IMG/VR virus record: IMGVR_UViG_3300031760_000008
Location: 12,337-76,336 of that record
Origin: a virus
Taxonomy: Duplodnaviria; Heunggongvirae; Uroviricota; Caudoviricetes
Strand: one strand, 5' to 3'
Length of the DNA stretch: 64,000 nucleotides
The translations under genes and the position numbers were made by a program. Position 1 is the stretch's first letter. Every line of letters starts with the position of its first letter. The notes beneath the pieces are model-generated. The model saw nothing but the letters and a program-made list of their open reading frames with translations. It had not been told where the DNA came from and made no database searches. Of this stretch, positions 19,902 through 28,678 are shown one piece after another.

Positions 19902-20618
19902 TTAACCATTAGTTAAGTTAGTTGATTGAGTACCAATGTAACTTGGATCATTATGTGTTGTATATGAAACATCTTGTTTAACTTTCCAAGCATTGTAATC
20001 AGGTGTAGCAAATGGTGTTGGTTTATCATAGTAAATTGTTGTTGAGAATAATCTTTGATCTGGTTGATATCTACTAAATTGTCCTTGATTATATTCATTA
20101 ATCCAACAACCCCATAGTCTCCAAGAAATTTGTCTTGTTCCGTTAGGAGCCCATTTATATAGTAAACCATTTTGTGCATAATATTCTTTAAATCCTATTT
20201 TATCATTTTGAATATTATGTGCCATTGAATACCAAGCTAGCAAAATTTGTTCTGTTAACATACCAATATAATCATTGAATGTTATTGCAGAAGTTCCAAC
20301 ATTTGGAGATCCTGCATAATGAACTGTTCCATTACCTGTTTTAATAGATATAGGATCTACAGAAAGTTGTGGTCCTGCATAATCTCTTAGAGATAATGCT
20401 AAAGCTTCTGTAGCTTCATCTTTACCACAAACTAATCTACCGTTCATATCATATAGATCTCTTGTAAATTTAACTTTAAGAATAAAGTCTGAAGATCTAC
20501 CAGGTTCGAAGTCTGCTTTATGATTTAAAATATATGTAGTACCTAAATATCTTGAAGTATCTACCATTCCTTTTTGTTCATTATCTCCAAAATTTGTATC
20601 AGCAAATATTCTTCCCAT
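19902..20618 (-). CDS. tail tube protein (candidate)
   Basis: 238 aa ORF immediately downstream of sheath gene (2 nt gap); followed by intrinsic terminator. Confidence 0.5.
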   Translation of the reverse strand: MGRIFADTNFGDNEQKGMVDTSRYLGTTYILNHKADFEPGRSSDFILKVKFTRDLYDMNGRLVCGKDEATEALALSLRDYAGPQLSVDPISIKTGNGTVHYAGSPNVGTSAITFNDYIGMLTEQILLAWYSMAHNIQNDKIGFKEYYAQNGLLYKWAPNGTRQISWRLWGCWINEYNQGQFSRYQPDQRLFSTTIYYDKPTPFATPDYNAWKVKQDVSYTTHNDPSYIGTQSTNLTNG

Positions 20619-20620
20619 AA

Positions 20621-22204
20621 TTATTCTTCACCTCCTGTTATTTCTACGGTTCCGTATGCAACATTAAGATAAATTTGAATTTTCTTAATTGTAGGTGTAA
20701 CAAATACGTCTAATTGAATTTTTAATGTTCTTGGATCTTCATTAGTACTTACATTATAAATATTGTAATCTTGTACTGCGCCTTCTGATGTCATTCTATC
20801 TAAAAATTCACTAGATCTTAATGAAAATTCTTCAAATGCTTCTGTATTATTATATTGATATTGAAGTTCAGTTCCTAAATTATAAACGAATCTTCTTATT
20901 TCTATAATAGCTAAATCAACACTTGATTCTTGGAATGCGTTTATTTCTCCTAATTCTGATTCAGGTAATAATAATGTACTATTTCCTGAAATTACATATT
21001 TTCCTGAATTATGCATTTTCATAATTGGGTTTATATTTACTCTTGTATCTGATTGCCATCTTTCTGCTAAATCAGAACCAATTTCGAATTCAGGTTTAAT
21101 TATATTTGATATTTGTCCATTAGAAATACCTGCTTTAGGAGTATATACAGGTCTTCCTTTACTTAAATCTCTTCCTAATACTGTTAAGAAAATATATGAT
21201 GGTGGCATCCAAGCTTGATCAGCTCCTACTTGCATCCAAGCCCATGGAGCACATATACTTGCACTTGGAATTAATTGACCATCACTTAATTGTTGATATC
21301 CTAATCCCTCTGCAAGTCCTTGTTGATCTTCTGCATCTGTTCCTAAAGGTAAATCTACAAGAGCTCTACAATCTTGTCTTATTAATGAAAGATTTATCAT
21401 TGCTGTAGCTATATCTTTATTTTCATCCATATTTAAATCTGTATATCCACCTGATGTTATGAATTTTGGTTGATATAAAATTTTATCTTTAATGAAATCA
21501 TATGTTTTTGGTAAAGCAGCTCTTACATTATTTTCATCAAAATCTTCTCCATCATGTAAATATTGATTCTTAATAAGAGGTAAATTAAATTGATCTGGAT
21601 CTGTATTAAGTACAGTTACATTAATTCTTTCTAGTGTTGTGTTAAAATTACTATCACTAAATGTATCTATTAATAATTGGTTGATTGTTCTTTGTCTATC
21701 TGTATCTGGTGTATCTGCTGGAAATTCAGGTATTCTAAATAATTTATGTTTCTCAAGTAATGTTGATTTTAGATATACTTCTAACCAATAAGCAGTTGTT
21801 GTAATTTTTAATGAAATGTTGATATCATTACCAAATGTTCCACCAAATTTTTCTTCTATTCTTAAAAGATCAATTGGATCTTCACCAGCTGTTGTAAAAA
21901 TATGAAATGCTGATGTTACACCTTTTTGTTCTTCATCACTATCTTGGTTTACACAAGCAATTCTTCTGAATAAAACAGGAATTCCTGAATTTAATAAACC
22001 AGCTACATAATTAAATGTAGGTGATCCTTCAGGTCCTTTTGCACCACAGACATTTTTGAATTCATCTAAAGATGTGAAAGCATATACTTTTGTATAATCA
22101 CCTGTTATAGTAGTTCCTGGTACATATGCCCAGTTATCTATAAATGTTGCAGCATTTCTAAGTTCTCTAGATAAATTATTTGTAGTTATTTCTATAAATG
22201 CCAT
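20621..22204 (-). CDS. tail sheath protein
   Basis: 527 aa, position and size typical; sequence character of contractile sheath proteins. Confidence 0.65.
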   Translation of the reverse strand: MAFIEITTNNLSRELRNAATFIDNWAYVPGTTITGDYTKVYAFTSLDEFKNVCGAKGPEGSPTFNYVAGLLNSGIPVLFRRIACVNQDSDEEQKGVTSAFHIFTTAGEDPIDLLRIEEKFGGTFGNDINISLKITTTAYWLEVYLKSTLLEKHKLFRIPEFPADTPDTDRQRTINQLLIDTFSDSNFNTTLERINVTVLNTDPDQFNLPLIKNQYLHDGEDFDENNVRAALPKTYDFIKDKILYQPKFITSGGYTDLNMDENKDIATAMINLSLIRQDCRALVDLPLGTDAEDQQGLAEGLGYQQLSDGQLIPSASICAPWAWMQVGADQAWMPPSYIFLTVLGRDLSKGRPVYTPKAGISNGQISNIIKPEFEIGSDLAERWQSDTRVNINPIMKMHNSGKYVISGNSTLLLPESELGEINAFQESSVDLAIIEIRRFVYNLGTELQYQYNNTEAFEEFSLRSSEFLDRMTSEGAVQDYNIYNVSTNEDPRTLKIQLDVFVTPTIKKIQIYLNVAYGTVEITGGEE

Positions 22205-22226
22205 TTTAGTATCTCCTTTCTAATAT

Positions 22227-23372
22227 TTATTTTACTAATTTTTTATTAGCAATACTTGAACATTCTAATTTATTTTCCTTAGTTAATTTAGTAATTAAAT
22301 TAGCTGTTGTTGAAGTTTTACTTTCTAATAAACCTTTTATATTAGCAATATCATATCTTGTATAGAATTTTCCTTCTTGAACTTTCTTAGCTAATAATTC
22401 AGTTCTAATAGATTTATCAAGTTTATTTGTTAGTATTCCTTCTATTTTTAATCCTTCTTCTGTTTTTGTTATATTTTCTACTTTATATCCTTTTATAGAT
22501 TTAGTATTTTCTTTATAATATTCTGTTAAAGCTTTTTCAAAAGATTCTTCTATAAACTCTGAATCATCTTCTACTTCTTCAGTTGTTTCTTCTTCAGGAA
22601 CTTCTACTACTTCTTCACTAGCTATTTCTTCAGCTTCATCAGATGTTTTTGGTTCTTCTGTTTCATCTACAACTTCAACATTTTCACCTTCATCTGTTTT
22701 GACTTCTACTTCTGTTCCATCTTCAGAAACTTCTATTTCAACATTCTCTTCAACTTTTTTAGATTCATTTTTTATATCTAAAAAAGCTGATAGAAAACTT
22801 ATATCTTCATCAGGTACTTTTTCAATGATTTCATGAATTTCTTCATCTGATTTAGCCTTTTTTAAATCATCAAAAACATTCTTAATTTTATCTATTCTGG
22901 CCATATCATTTAAAGTTAGAGGTTTCCAATCTTTAGCTTCTTCTGTGATTTTATCACATTCACATTTTTCTTTTCCACAATCTTCACATGGTTTTTTAGA
23001 TTCCTCTAAATCTTCCTCATCAGCTTCTGTTTCTCCATCTACGATTTCATCTATAGTAGGAACTTCCTCAACAGGCTCTTCAGTTACTTCTGGTTCTACT
23101 ACTTCTTCAGGAATTATTGTTTCATCTCCTTCAACAGGTAATTCTACAACTGCTACTCCTTCTTCAGGAACTTCAGCTACTATAGCATCCTCTACAGGAG
23201 CTTCTGTAACATCCTCAGTATCTGTAACAATTACTGTTGCTTCAGGAGTTTCAACAATAGTAGCTCCATTATCATCAACTGAAACGTCAATTGATTCTTT
23301 TTTAATTTCTTTAGACTCATCAAGTTTTAATTTACCTTGAATAGCTAACATTGTTGCTTCTGTTAAATTCAT
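22227..23372 (-). CDS. highly acidic Glu/Val/Pro-repeat protein with CxxC..CxC cluster
   Basis: 381 aa; long low-complexity acidic tracts (PEEVVEPEVTEEPVEEV), 'CEDCGKEKCECDK'; variant promoter motif 23397-23410. Confidence 0.5.
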   Translation of the reverse strand: MNLTEATMLAIQGKLKLDESKEIKKESIDVSVDDNGATIVETPEATVIVTDTEDVTEAPVEDAIVAEVPEEGVAVVELPVEGDETIIPEEVVEPEVTEEPVEEVPTIDEIVDGETEADEEDLEESKKPCEDCGKEKCECDKITEEAKDWKPLTLNDMARIDKIKNVFDDLKKAKSDEEIHEIIEKVPDEDISFLSAFLDIKNESKKVEENVEIEVSEDGTEVEVKTDEGENVEVVDETEEPKTSDEAEEIASEEVVEVPEEETTEEVEDDSEFIEESFEKALTEYYKENTKSIKGYKVENITKTEEGLKIEGILTNKLDKSIRTELLAKKVQEGKFYTRYDIANIKGLLESKTSTTANLITKLTKENKLECSSIANKKLVK

Positions 23373-23396
23373 AATACTTTTCTCCTTTCATTTATT

Positions 23397-23410
23397 TAAT
23401 AATATTTTAA
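23397..23410 (-). promoter_or_regulatory. variant promoter-like motif copy (taataatattttaa)
   Basis: 25 nt upstream of ATG 23372. Confidence 0.3.
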
Positions 23411-24159
23411 TTTAACACTGTAAAAATATCTTTATTACTATCTAAATGCTCTCGAACGGCTTGAATTTCAGCATTTCCCTCAGCAAGCAATGTTTGTCCA
23501 TCTAACTCGAATTTTGAAGATCTAGAAGTATATTTACTTCTTATTCTTCCTAAAATTACTTTAGTCATTCCTAAAGCTAATTTTCTAAGTTGAGTTTCCC
23601 AATATTGCTCTCTGATATCTTCAACTGAATAATATTCAGGTTTAAAATTAATAGTTACATAACTTGGTATATTAGGATTAGCATAAACATATAATTTTCT
23701 ATTTGGCTTATCCCATTGAAATTCCATATCAGTTGCAAGTATATTTAAATTTCTCTTAACTGATATTGCATTCATATATTCTTCCATGTTATACATTCCT
23801 GTTACATTCATTAAATCAATAGCAGGCATTTGAAAAGGAACTCCTGTTAAAACACTATCTGATCCTCTCCAAACTGATTCAATAGAATCAATATTATATT
23901 TTGAAAGATCTATACATTGTGCATATGGAACTGTTATTTGATATAAATCAGTCATGTAATGTACTAATTCTTCGAAAGCTTGTTCAACTATTTGTTTAAT
24001 TTGTTCAGGATTTAATTCAAGATCAAGTACTTGAGCTCCTAATTGATTTTCAATATATTGAACAATCTTTTTCATTCTTTTCTTCATACGAGGATAAGAA
24101 CGAGGTTTTACAAGATCTTGGTCATTAAATATAGGATCTAATTCTTCTTTATCTGCCAT
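23407..24159 (-). CDS. neck / head-tail joining protein candidate
   Basis: 250 aa ORF between head-side genes and sheath, as for T4 gp13-15 class proteins; no diagnostic motif. Confidence 0.4.
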   Translation of the reverse strand: MADKEELDPIFNDQDLVKPRSYPRMKKRMKKIVQYIENQLGAQVLDLELNPEQIKQIVEQAFEELVHYMTDLYQITVPYAQCIDLSKYNIDSIESVWRGSDSVLTGVPFQMPAIDLMNVTGMYNMEEYMNAISVKRNLNILATDMEFQWDKPNRKLYVYANPNIPSYVTINFKPEYYSVEDIREQYWETQLRKLALGMTKVILGRIRSKYTSRSSKFELDGQTLLAEGNAEIQAVREHLDSNKDIFTVLN

Positions 24160-24182
24160 TCTTATATCCTCCTATTTATTAA

Positions 24183-24644
24183 TTAATTTGATAAATGTTC
24201 ATAATCTGTAACATTTCCTTGTTTATCTAAAGTTACTTTAAATGATATATTATCAGCAACTACATATTCTTCTCGTTCATTTATTCTAACATTTTCATAT
24301 TGTGTTTCATCTAAAAAGAATTTATAATCAGAATGTTCAGATGATGTATCTTTTTCAAAAGATATAAAACTATATCCTTGTTCTTCGTTTAAATAATTAA
24401 ATGTTATTCTAGCAAAATCATCTGGAGTTAAAGAACCTGGAGTTTGAGTTATCTCTTCTAAAGATTCTTTTATTTTAGTATAATAAGCTAATCTTTCAGA
24501 AGATGTAACTGTTAATTTAACACTATCTCCTGGTTTTAATATATCTTGAAAATTAACATTATAATATCTAATAGCTTGATCTGTATTTGTTGTATTTTCT
24601 ATAGTTATATCTACTGGTTCTTCTAAAGATGTTTCATATTCCAT
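24183..24644 (-). CDS. small structural-associated protein, paralog 3 of tandem triplet
   Basis: N-terminus 'MEYETSLEEPVDITIENTTNTDQAIRYYNVNFQDILKPGDSVKLTVTSSERLAYYT' paralogous to 24674..25246 and 25389..25616. Confidence 0.5.
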   Translation of the reverse strand: MEYETSLEEPVDITIENTTNTDQAIRYYNVNFQDILKPGDSVKLTVTSSERLAYYTKIKESLEEITQTPGSLTPDDFARITFNYLNEEQGYSFISFEKDTSSEHSDYKFFLDETQYENVRINEREEYVVADNISFKVTLDKQGNVTDYEHLSN

Positions 24645-24673
24645 TATTAAGTTCTCCTTTCATTAAAATTTAA

Positions 24674-25246
24674 TTATGCAGGAGATGCTTCTGTATGTAT
24701 TCCAATTTGTTCTGCTACATCAGAGAAACCATATACAAAAGCAGCTTCATTATTTCCTTTAATTGAAAATACCCAATTTTCTGTAGATGTTTCATAATCA
24801 AGATCTGTGAAGAAAGAAATAACTACTATAGCATTTCTTTCAATACTTATTTCAGTAACAGCTGCTCCTAAAAGCCATTGTTTTCCGCTTTGTTTAACTA
24901 ATACTTTAACATAATCCCTTACATCACCTGTTTCAGGATCTGTAGTAGCTTCTTGTATAGCAGCAAAATCTAAACTAGATACATCTAGATAAGATCCTGA
25001 TATTAAAGCATCTGGTATTTCAAATACATAATCAGCAGATATAGGAGTTTCATCTTCTTTTAATTCTTCTTGAACTTCTGTATAATAAACTAATGATTCA
25101 GCAGTAGAAACTGTTAATTTAATCTTATCTCCAGGATGAAGAACATCTGTAAAGTTAGCTCCATAATATCTAAATACTTGATCAATATTAGTTTTATTTT
25201 CAATAGTCATATCTATAGAATTTTCTAAGTTTGTTTCGTAATTCAT
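24674..25246 (-). CDS. small structural-associated protein, paralog 2 of tandem triplet
   Basis: 'MNYETNLENSIDMTIENKTNIDQVFRYYGANFTDVLHPGDKIKLTVSTAESLVYYT'. Confidence 0.5.
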   Translation of the reverse strand: MNYETNLENSIDMTIENKTNIDQVFRYYGANFTDVLHPGDKIKLTVSTAESLVYYTEVQEELKEDETPISADYVFEIPDALISGSYLDVSSLDFAAIQEATTDPETGDVRDYVKVLVKQSGKQWLLGAAVTEISIERNAIVVISFFTDLDYETSTENWVFSIKGNNEAAFVYGFSDVAEQIGIHTEASPA

Positions 25247-25388
25247 TATTACTCCCCTCTCTGAGATATAATAAAGTTGAAGGCTATCTTAAATACTAGT
25301 ATCTGTGAGGTAGATATACAGACTTGGTATATCAAAATAGCCCTCAAATATATTAAGATTTATTTATAATTCTTAATATCATATAAAA

Positions 25389-25616
25389 TTATTCACCTGC
25401 TTCAACTGTAACAGCTAATCCTTTAGCTTCATCAGCAAGTGCTGCATAGTAAGCAGCTTCTTCAGAAGATGCAGCTGTTAATTTAACAGTATCTCCTGGT
25501 TGTAAAACTTCTACAAAGTTAACTCTAAAATATCTGAAAGCAACATCTTCTGTTTCGCTAACATTTTTTAGAGTAACTGTTCTTGGCATTGTAAAATCTT
25601 TCTCCATGATAAACAT
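25389..25616 (-). CDS. small structural-associated protein, paralog 1 (shortest) of tandem triplet
   Basis: '..TLKNVSETEDVAFRYFRVNFVEVLQPGDTVKLTAASSEEAAYYA'; slightly GC-richer codons. Confidence 0.5.
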   Translation of the reverse strand: MFIMEKDFTMPRTVTLKNVSETEDVAFRYFRVNFVEVLQPGDTVKLTAASSEEAAYYAALADEAKGLAVTVEAGE

Positions 25617-25676
25617 ACCTCCTTTTTAAAATTTTTGACAGTGTTTGAATCTGTCTATCTCTTATAATTTCTGAGT

Positions 25677-25739
25677 AACTGTTCATTACTGTTCAAAATT
25701 GATCAGTTATTGATCAGTCATTGATTAGTAATTGAACAG
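25677..25739. repeat. iteron/operator array: six copies of 9-mer TTGA(T/A)(C/T)AGT in helical phase
   Basis: Direct copies at 25698, 25709, 25720, 25731 (exact 11-bp spacing) and inverted copies ACTGTTCA(T/A) at 25677 and 25687 (10-bp spacing). Confidence 0.6.
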
Positions 25740-25800
25740 TAAAGAGTTTAAAAGAGATATATGTAAATATTACCTACCTCAAGGAATATTACTATTCCTA

Positions 25801-25811
25801 TTAATATTTTA
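25801..25811 (-). promoter_or_regulatory. conserved promoter-like motif copy
   Basis: 185 nt upstream of ATG 25616, iteron array lies in between. Confidence 0.35.
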
Positions 25812-25817
25812 CCAAAT

Positions 25818-26102
25818 TTAGAACAAAAATTGAGCTAAAGTAGAAACTCCTCTTTTAGTATCTTTCTTTATAGCTTTTTTAGGTTCAAGTTTCTTTTCTT
25901 CTTTAACTTCTTCTTTAATCTCTTCTACTTCAGGAATTTCTTCTTGAATAGGTTCTTCAGCAGCTTCTTCAACAACTTCTTCTACAGGTTCTTCGATTAC
26001 TTCTTCTTTAATCTCTTCTACTTCAGGCTCTGTTGTTTCAACAACTTCTTCTTTAACCTCTTCTATAATTTCTTCCTCTACAACTTTTTTACGTCTAGGC
26101 AT
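25818..26102 (-). CDS. small acidic EEV-repeat protein
   Basis: 94 aa, (EEVxE) repeats similar to acidic tracts of 22227..23372. Confidence 0.4.
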   Translation of the reverse strand: MPRRKKVVEEEIIEEVKEEVVETTEPEVEEIKEEVIEEPVEEVVEEAAEEPIQEEIPEVEEIKEEVKEEKKLEPKKAIKKDTKRGVSTLAQFLF

Positions 26103-26260
26103 AATATCTTTACCTTCCTTTCATAAATATTGTTAATTCGCACAAAATCATAGTTTTAATTAATTTTTACAGTAAAGCTAATACTTTATATATCTAAACT
26201 ATAAAAACAGAGTTAATCTAAAAATATATGAGACAAACCAATATCTTTGATTAACTCTGT

Positions 26261-26271
26261 TAATATTTTAC
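26261..26271 (-). promoter_or_regulatory. conserved promoter-like motif copy
   Basis: 159 nt upstream of ATG 26102. Confidence 0.3.
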
Positions 26272-26287
26272 GTTCAAAAATCTTAAA

Positions 26288-26335
26288 ATCTATAAAAAAT
26301 AAAAAAGCCCGAGAGAAAATCTAAAAACTCTCGAA
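26288..26335 (-). terminator. intrinsic terminator
   Basis: CGAGAG..CTCTCG stem followed on minus strand by GGCTTTTTTATTTTTT. Confidence 0.5.
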
Positions 26336-27050
26336 CTTAAACATAAGGATAAATGAAACGAATGTTTAAAAAAATATAAACACGAACTATTTATATAGGC
26401 CTATTGAGGATTCTAAAACAACTAATCATAATCCTCTGTAGAATGGATATTACCTTCATATAACATATCTCCCGTACTCATTCGTTGTTATACATATCTA
26501 CATGATTTTTAATAAGATTAACTATGAGTATATAAGTTCTTATCTTATTTTAGTTGATTTAAGTATTATTGTAACCTAATACTTTAAGGTAAAGAGTAAT
26601 TAAGGATTCGAACCTTATCTCCTCCGTCGAGGTATTTTTATTCCGATTAAACTATCTTACTCATATATTAATAACATCTTATCTTCCGAAAATTATTGTT
26701 TTTATAGATTCACTAATACAAAACCCTAAATAAGCTGTACCCAATAAAATTAACAAAGGTAAAGATATTATAAAAGACACTAAACTCATTAATAGTATCT
26801 CTATAAAATAAAATATATTTACTAATATATCTAATAAAAATTTCACATACATCATTCCTCTATTTTATAATCAAATTCATATACTATAAATCCTTTATCT
26901 TGAAGATTATTATAAATCTGCTCTAAGGTTAAGGCTTTAATTTCAGGAGATATAGATTTTACTTCTTCTATATCATAAAAACTAAATACATACATACAAC
27001 TTGCTTTAATAGCTTCTTTGACATAATATTCAGCTCTTTTATTAGGATTA

Positions 27051-27254
27051 TCATATCCGTAATATAGCTTCTATTTCTACTTGATTATCATCTTTAGTAT
27101 TACATATAACATTCATTTTAGTAATTCTATTTATATTTTCATTTGAAAAATATTTAGCTGGATTATTAAATTGTTTTGCAGTATAAAACCCAATAAAAAA
27201 AGCTATAATAAAAATAAGTATTAGTGATAACATTAATAATATCTTTTTCTTCAT
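27051..27254 (-). CDS. small membrane protein; reading frame appears to continue in another frame to ~26873
   Basis: N-terminal TM (ILLMLSLILIFIIAFFIGF); downstream frame encodes YYGYDNPNKRAEYYVKEAIKA... to a TGA overlapping the ATG of a 58-aa membrane ORF. Confidence 0.4.
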   Translation of the reverse strand: MKKKILLMLSLILIFIIAFFIGFYTAKQFNNPAKYFSNENINRITKMNVICNTKDDNQVEIEAILRI

Positions 27255-27274
27255 AATTATCTACTCCTTATTTA

Positions 27275-27673
27275 TTATAACTTCTTTAAAAGTTTATTTG
27301 CTTCTCTTATTATAATTCTTCTCTCATTAGTCAATCTGACAAATTCAATACATTCTTCTAAATCAGAAAATATTTGATGTTCAAATCTATTTATAAGTTT
27401 ATCTTTTGATGGAACTTTAATAGCATAATGCCATAAGCCATTTTCTGTAGGATGAAAAACTTCATATATTCTGATAATTTCTCCAGTAGCTACAATAGCT
27501 TCTAATCCAGATCTTTCAGGTAACATTTTATTATCATATGTGTATATTTTATCTCCTATATTAAATTTTCTTTTTTTATTTCTAAAACACTCCTTACAAC
27601 AATATTTACTTATCCAGTTAGACCAATTATCTTCATATTGTTGTTTACAATATCTACATGTTCTTAATGACAT
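27275..27673 (-). CDS. zinc-ribbon protein
   Basis: 'CRYCKQQ...CCKEC' four-Cys N-terminus. Confidence 0.45.
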   Translation of the reverse strand: MSLRTCRYCKQQYEDNWSNWISKYCCKECFRNKKRKFNIGDKIYTYDNKMLPERSGLEAIVATGEIIRIYEVFHPTENGLWHYAIKVPSKDKLINRFEHQIFSDLEECIEFVRLTNERRIIIREANKLLKKL

Positions 27674-27880
27674 TTAATAACCTCTTTCCATATTATAACT
27701 AATATTAAAATTATTATTACCTTTTTTCTTTATATTTAATAACAATTCTAAATCTTTATATAACTGAGCAGCTTCTTCATCGTCTATATGAAAATGTGAA
27801 AATCTACAATCATTATTACCTTTTAAATTTAAAAATATAACTCCTTCATCTATAGTAGTACCCATTTCATATTTTATCAT
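27674..27880 (-). CDS. hypothetical small protein
   Basis: 68 aa ORF, stop/start abutting neighbours. Confidence 0.35.
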   Translation of the reverse strand: MIKYEMGTTIDEGVIFLNLKGNNDCRFSHFHIDDEEAAQLYKDLELLLNIKKKGNNNFNISYNMERGY

Positions 27881-27882
27881 AT

Positions 27883-28626
27883 TTAATTTCCTTTCTGTTT
27901 ATTATTAAATTTAATTACATCTTTTATTAGTTCCATATTATATTGATTTGCTATTGCAGGTACATCTTTATTTAAACAATGACTATCCCAAAAAGGAGTA
28001 TCTTCATATACAAAAGTATGTGAAGGATTTACTCTAGGATCTAAAACAAATAATTCTCTTACTTCAGAATAATTAATATCTTCTTCCTTACATATATTAT
28101 AGAAAGCTTGACAGAAACTTACTTTTGTAGCTAAAAAAGAATTCTCCATGAATTTTACAGTTTCAGCTACTTTAGGTTCTACGGATCTAAATATATGTCT
28201 TCCATCATAACAAGGTAATAATATTTGAATTATATCATTACAATCTTTTTTATTACCTCCTAAAATTGTAAAATCAAAATAATAATTATTACAATGTTTA
28301 GTTCCTCCATAATATTCTGGACTAAAAACAATTCTTTTATTTGTTTCTTTAATCAATTTATCAACAGTACCTACAGGACAAGTTGATTTAATACAATAAA
28401 TTTCACAGTTATAATCATTTATACAATTTTTAACTTCTGTTATATCTAATACATTATCTTTTAAGGGAGTATCAACACATATAAATCCTAAATCATATCT
28501 AATATCTTTTATAGTATTTACTTCTGGTTTATATTTATCTACAATATCAGGATTTAGATCTTTTAATTCATTTGCTAAATTATGACCAACTACTCCATAT
28601 CCAATTATTAATACATTTTTCACCAA
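27883..28626 (-). CDS. UDP-glucose/GDP-mannose dehydrogenase family-like protein, short form
   Basis: Rossmann 'IIGYGVVGHNLA'; 'FSPEYYGGTKH' resembles UGDH 'SPEFLREG'; 'ENSFLATKVSF' ; candidate catalytic Cys in 'WDSHCLNKD'; only 247 aa. Confidence 0.55.
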   Translation of the reverse strand: MVKNVLIIGYGVVGHNLANELKDLNPDIVDKYKPEVNTIKDIRYDLGFICVDTPLKDNVLDITEVKNCINDYNCEIYCIKSTCPVGTVDKLIKETNKRIVFSPEYYGGTKHCNNYYFDFTILGGNKKDCNDIIQILLPCYDGRHIFRSVEPKVAETVKFMENSFLATKVSFCQAFYNICKEEDINYSEVRELFVLDPRVNPSHTFVYEDTPFWDSHCLNKDVPAIANQYNMELIKDVIKFNNKQKGN

Positions 28627-28660
28627 TAATATCTACCTCTTTCGTTAAAGTATTATGTAT

Positions 28661-28671
28661 TAATATTTTAC
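28661..28671 (-). promoter_or_regulatory. conserved promoter-like motif copy
   Basis: 35 nt upstream of ATG 28626. Confidence 0.4.
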
Positions 28672-28678
28672 TTATTTT

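Noticed and set aside
19913-20179. 88-aa minus-strand ORF inside the tail tube gene in another frame; likewise 50885..51103
   Set aside because: Fully embedded in a longer same-strand gene; no independent support.
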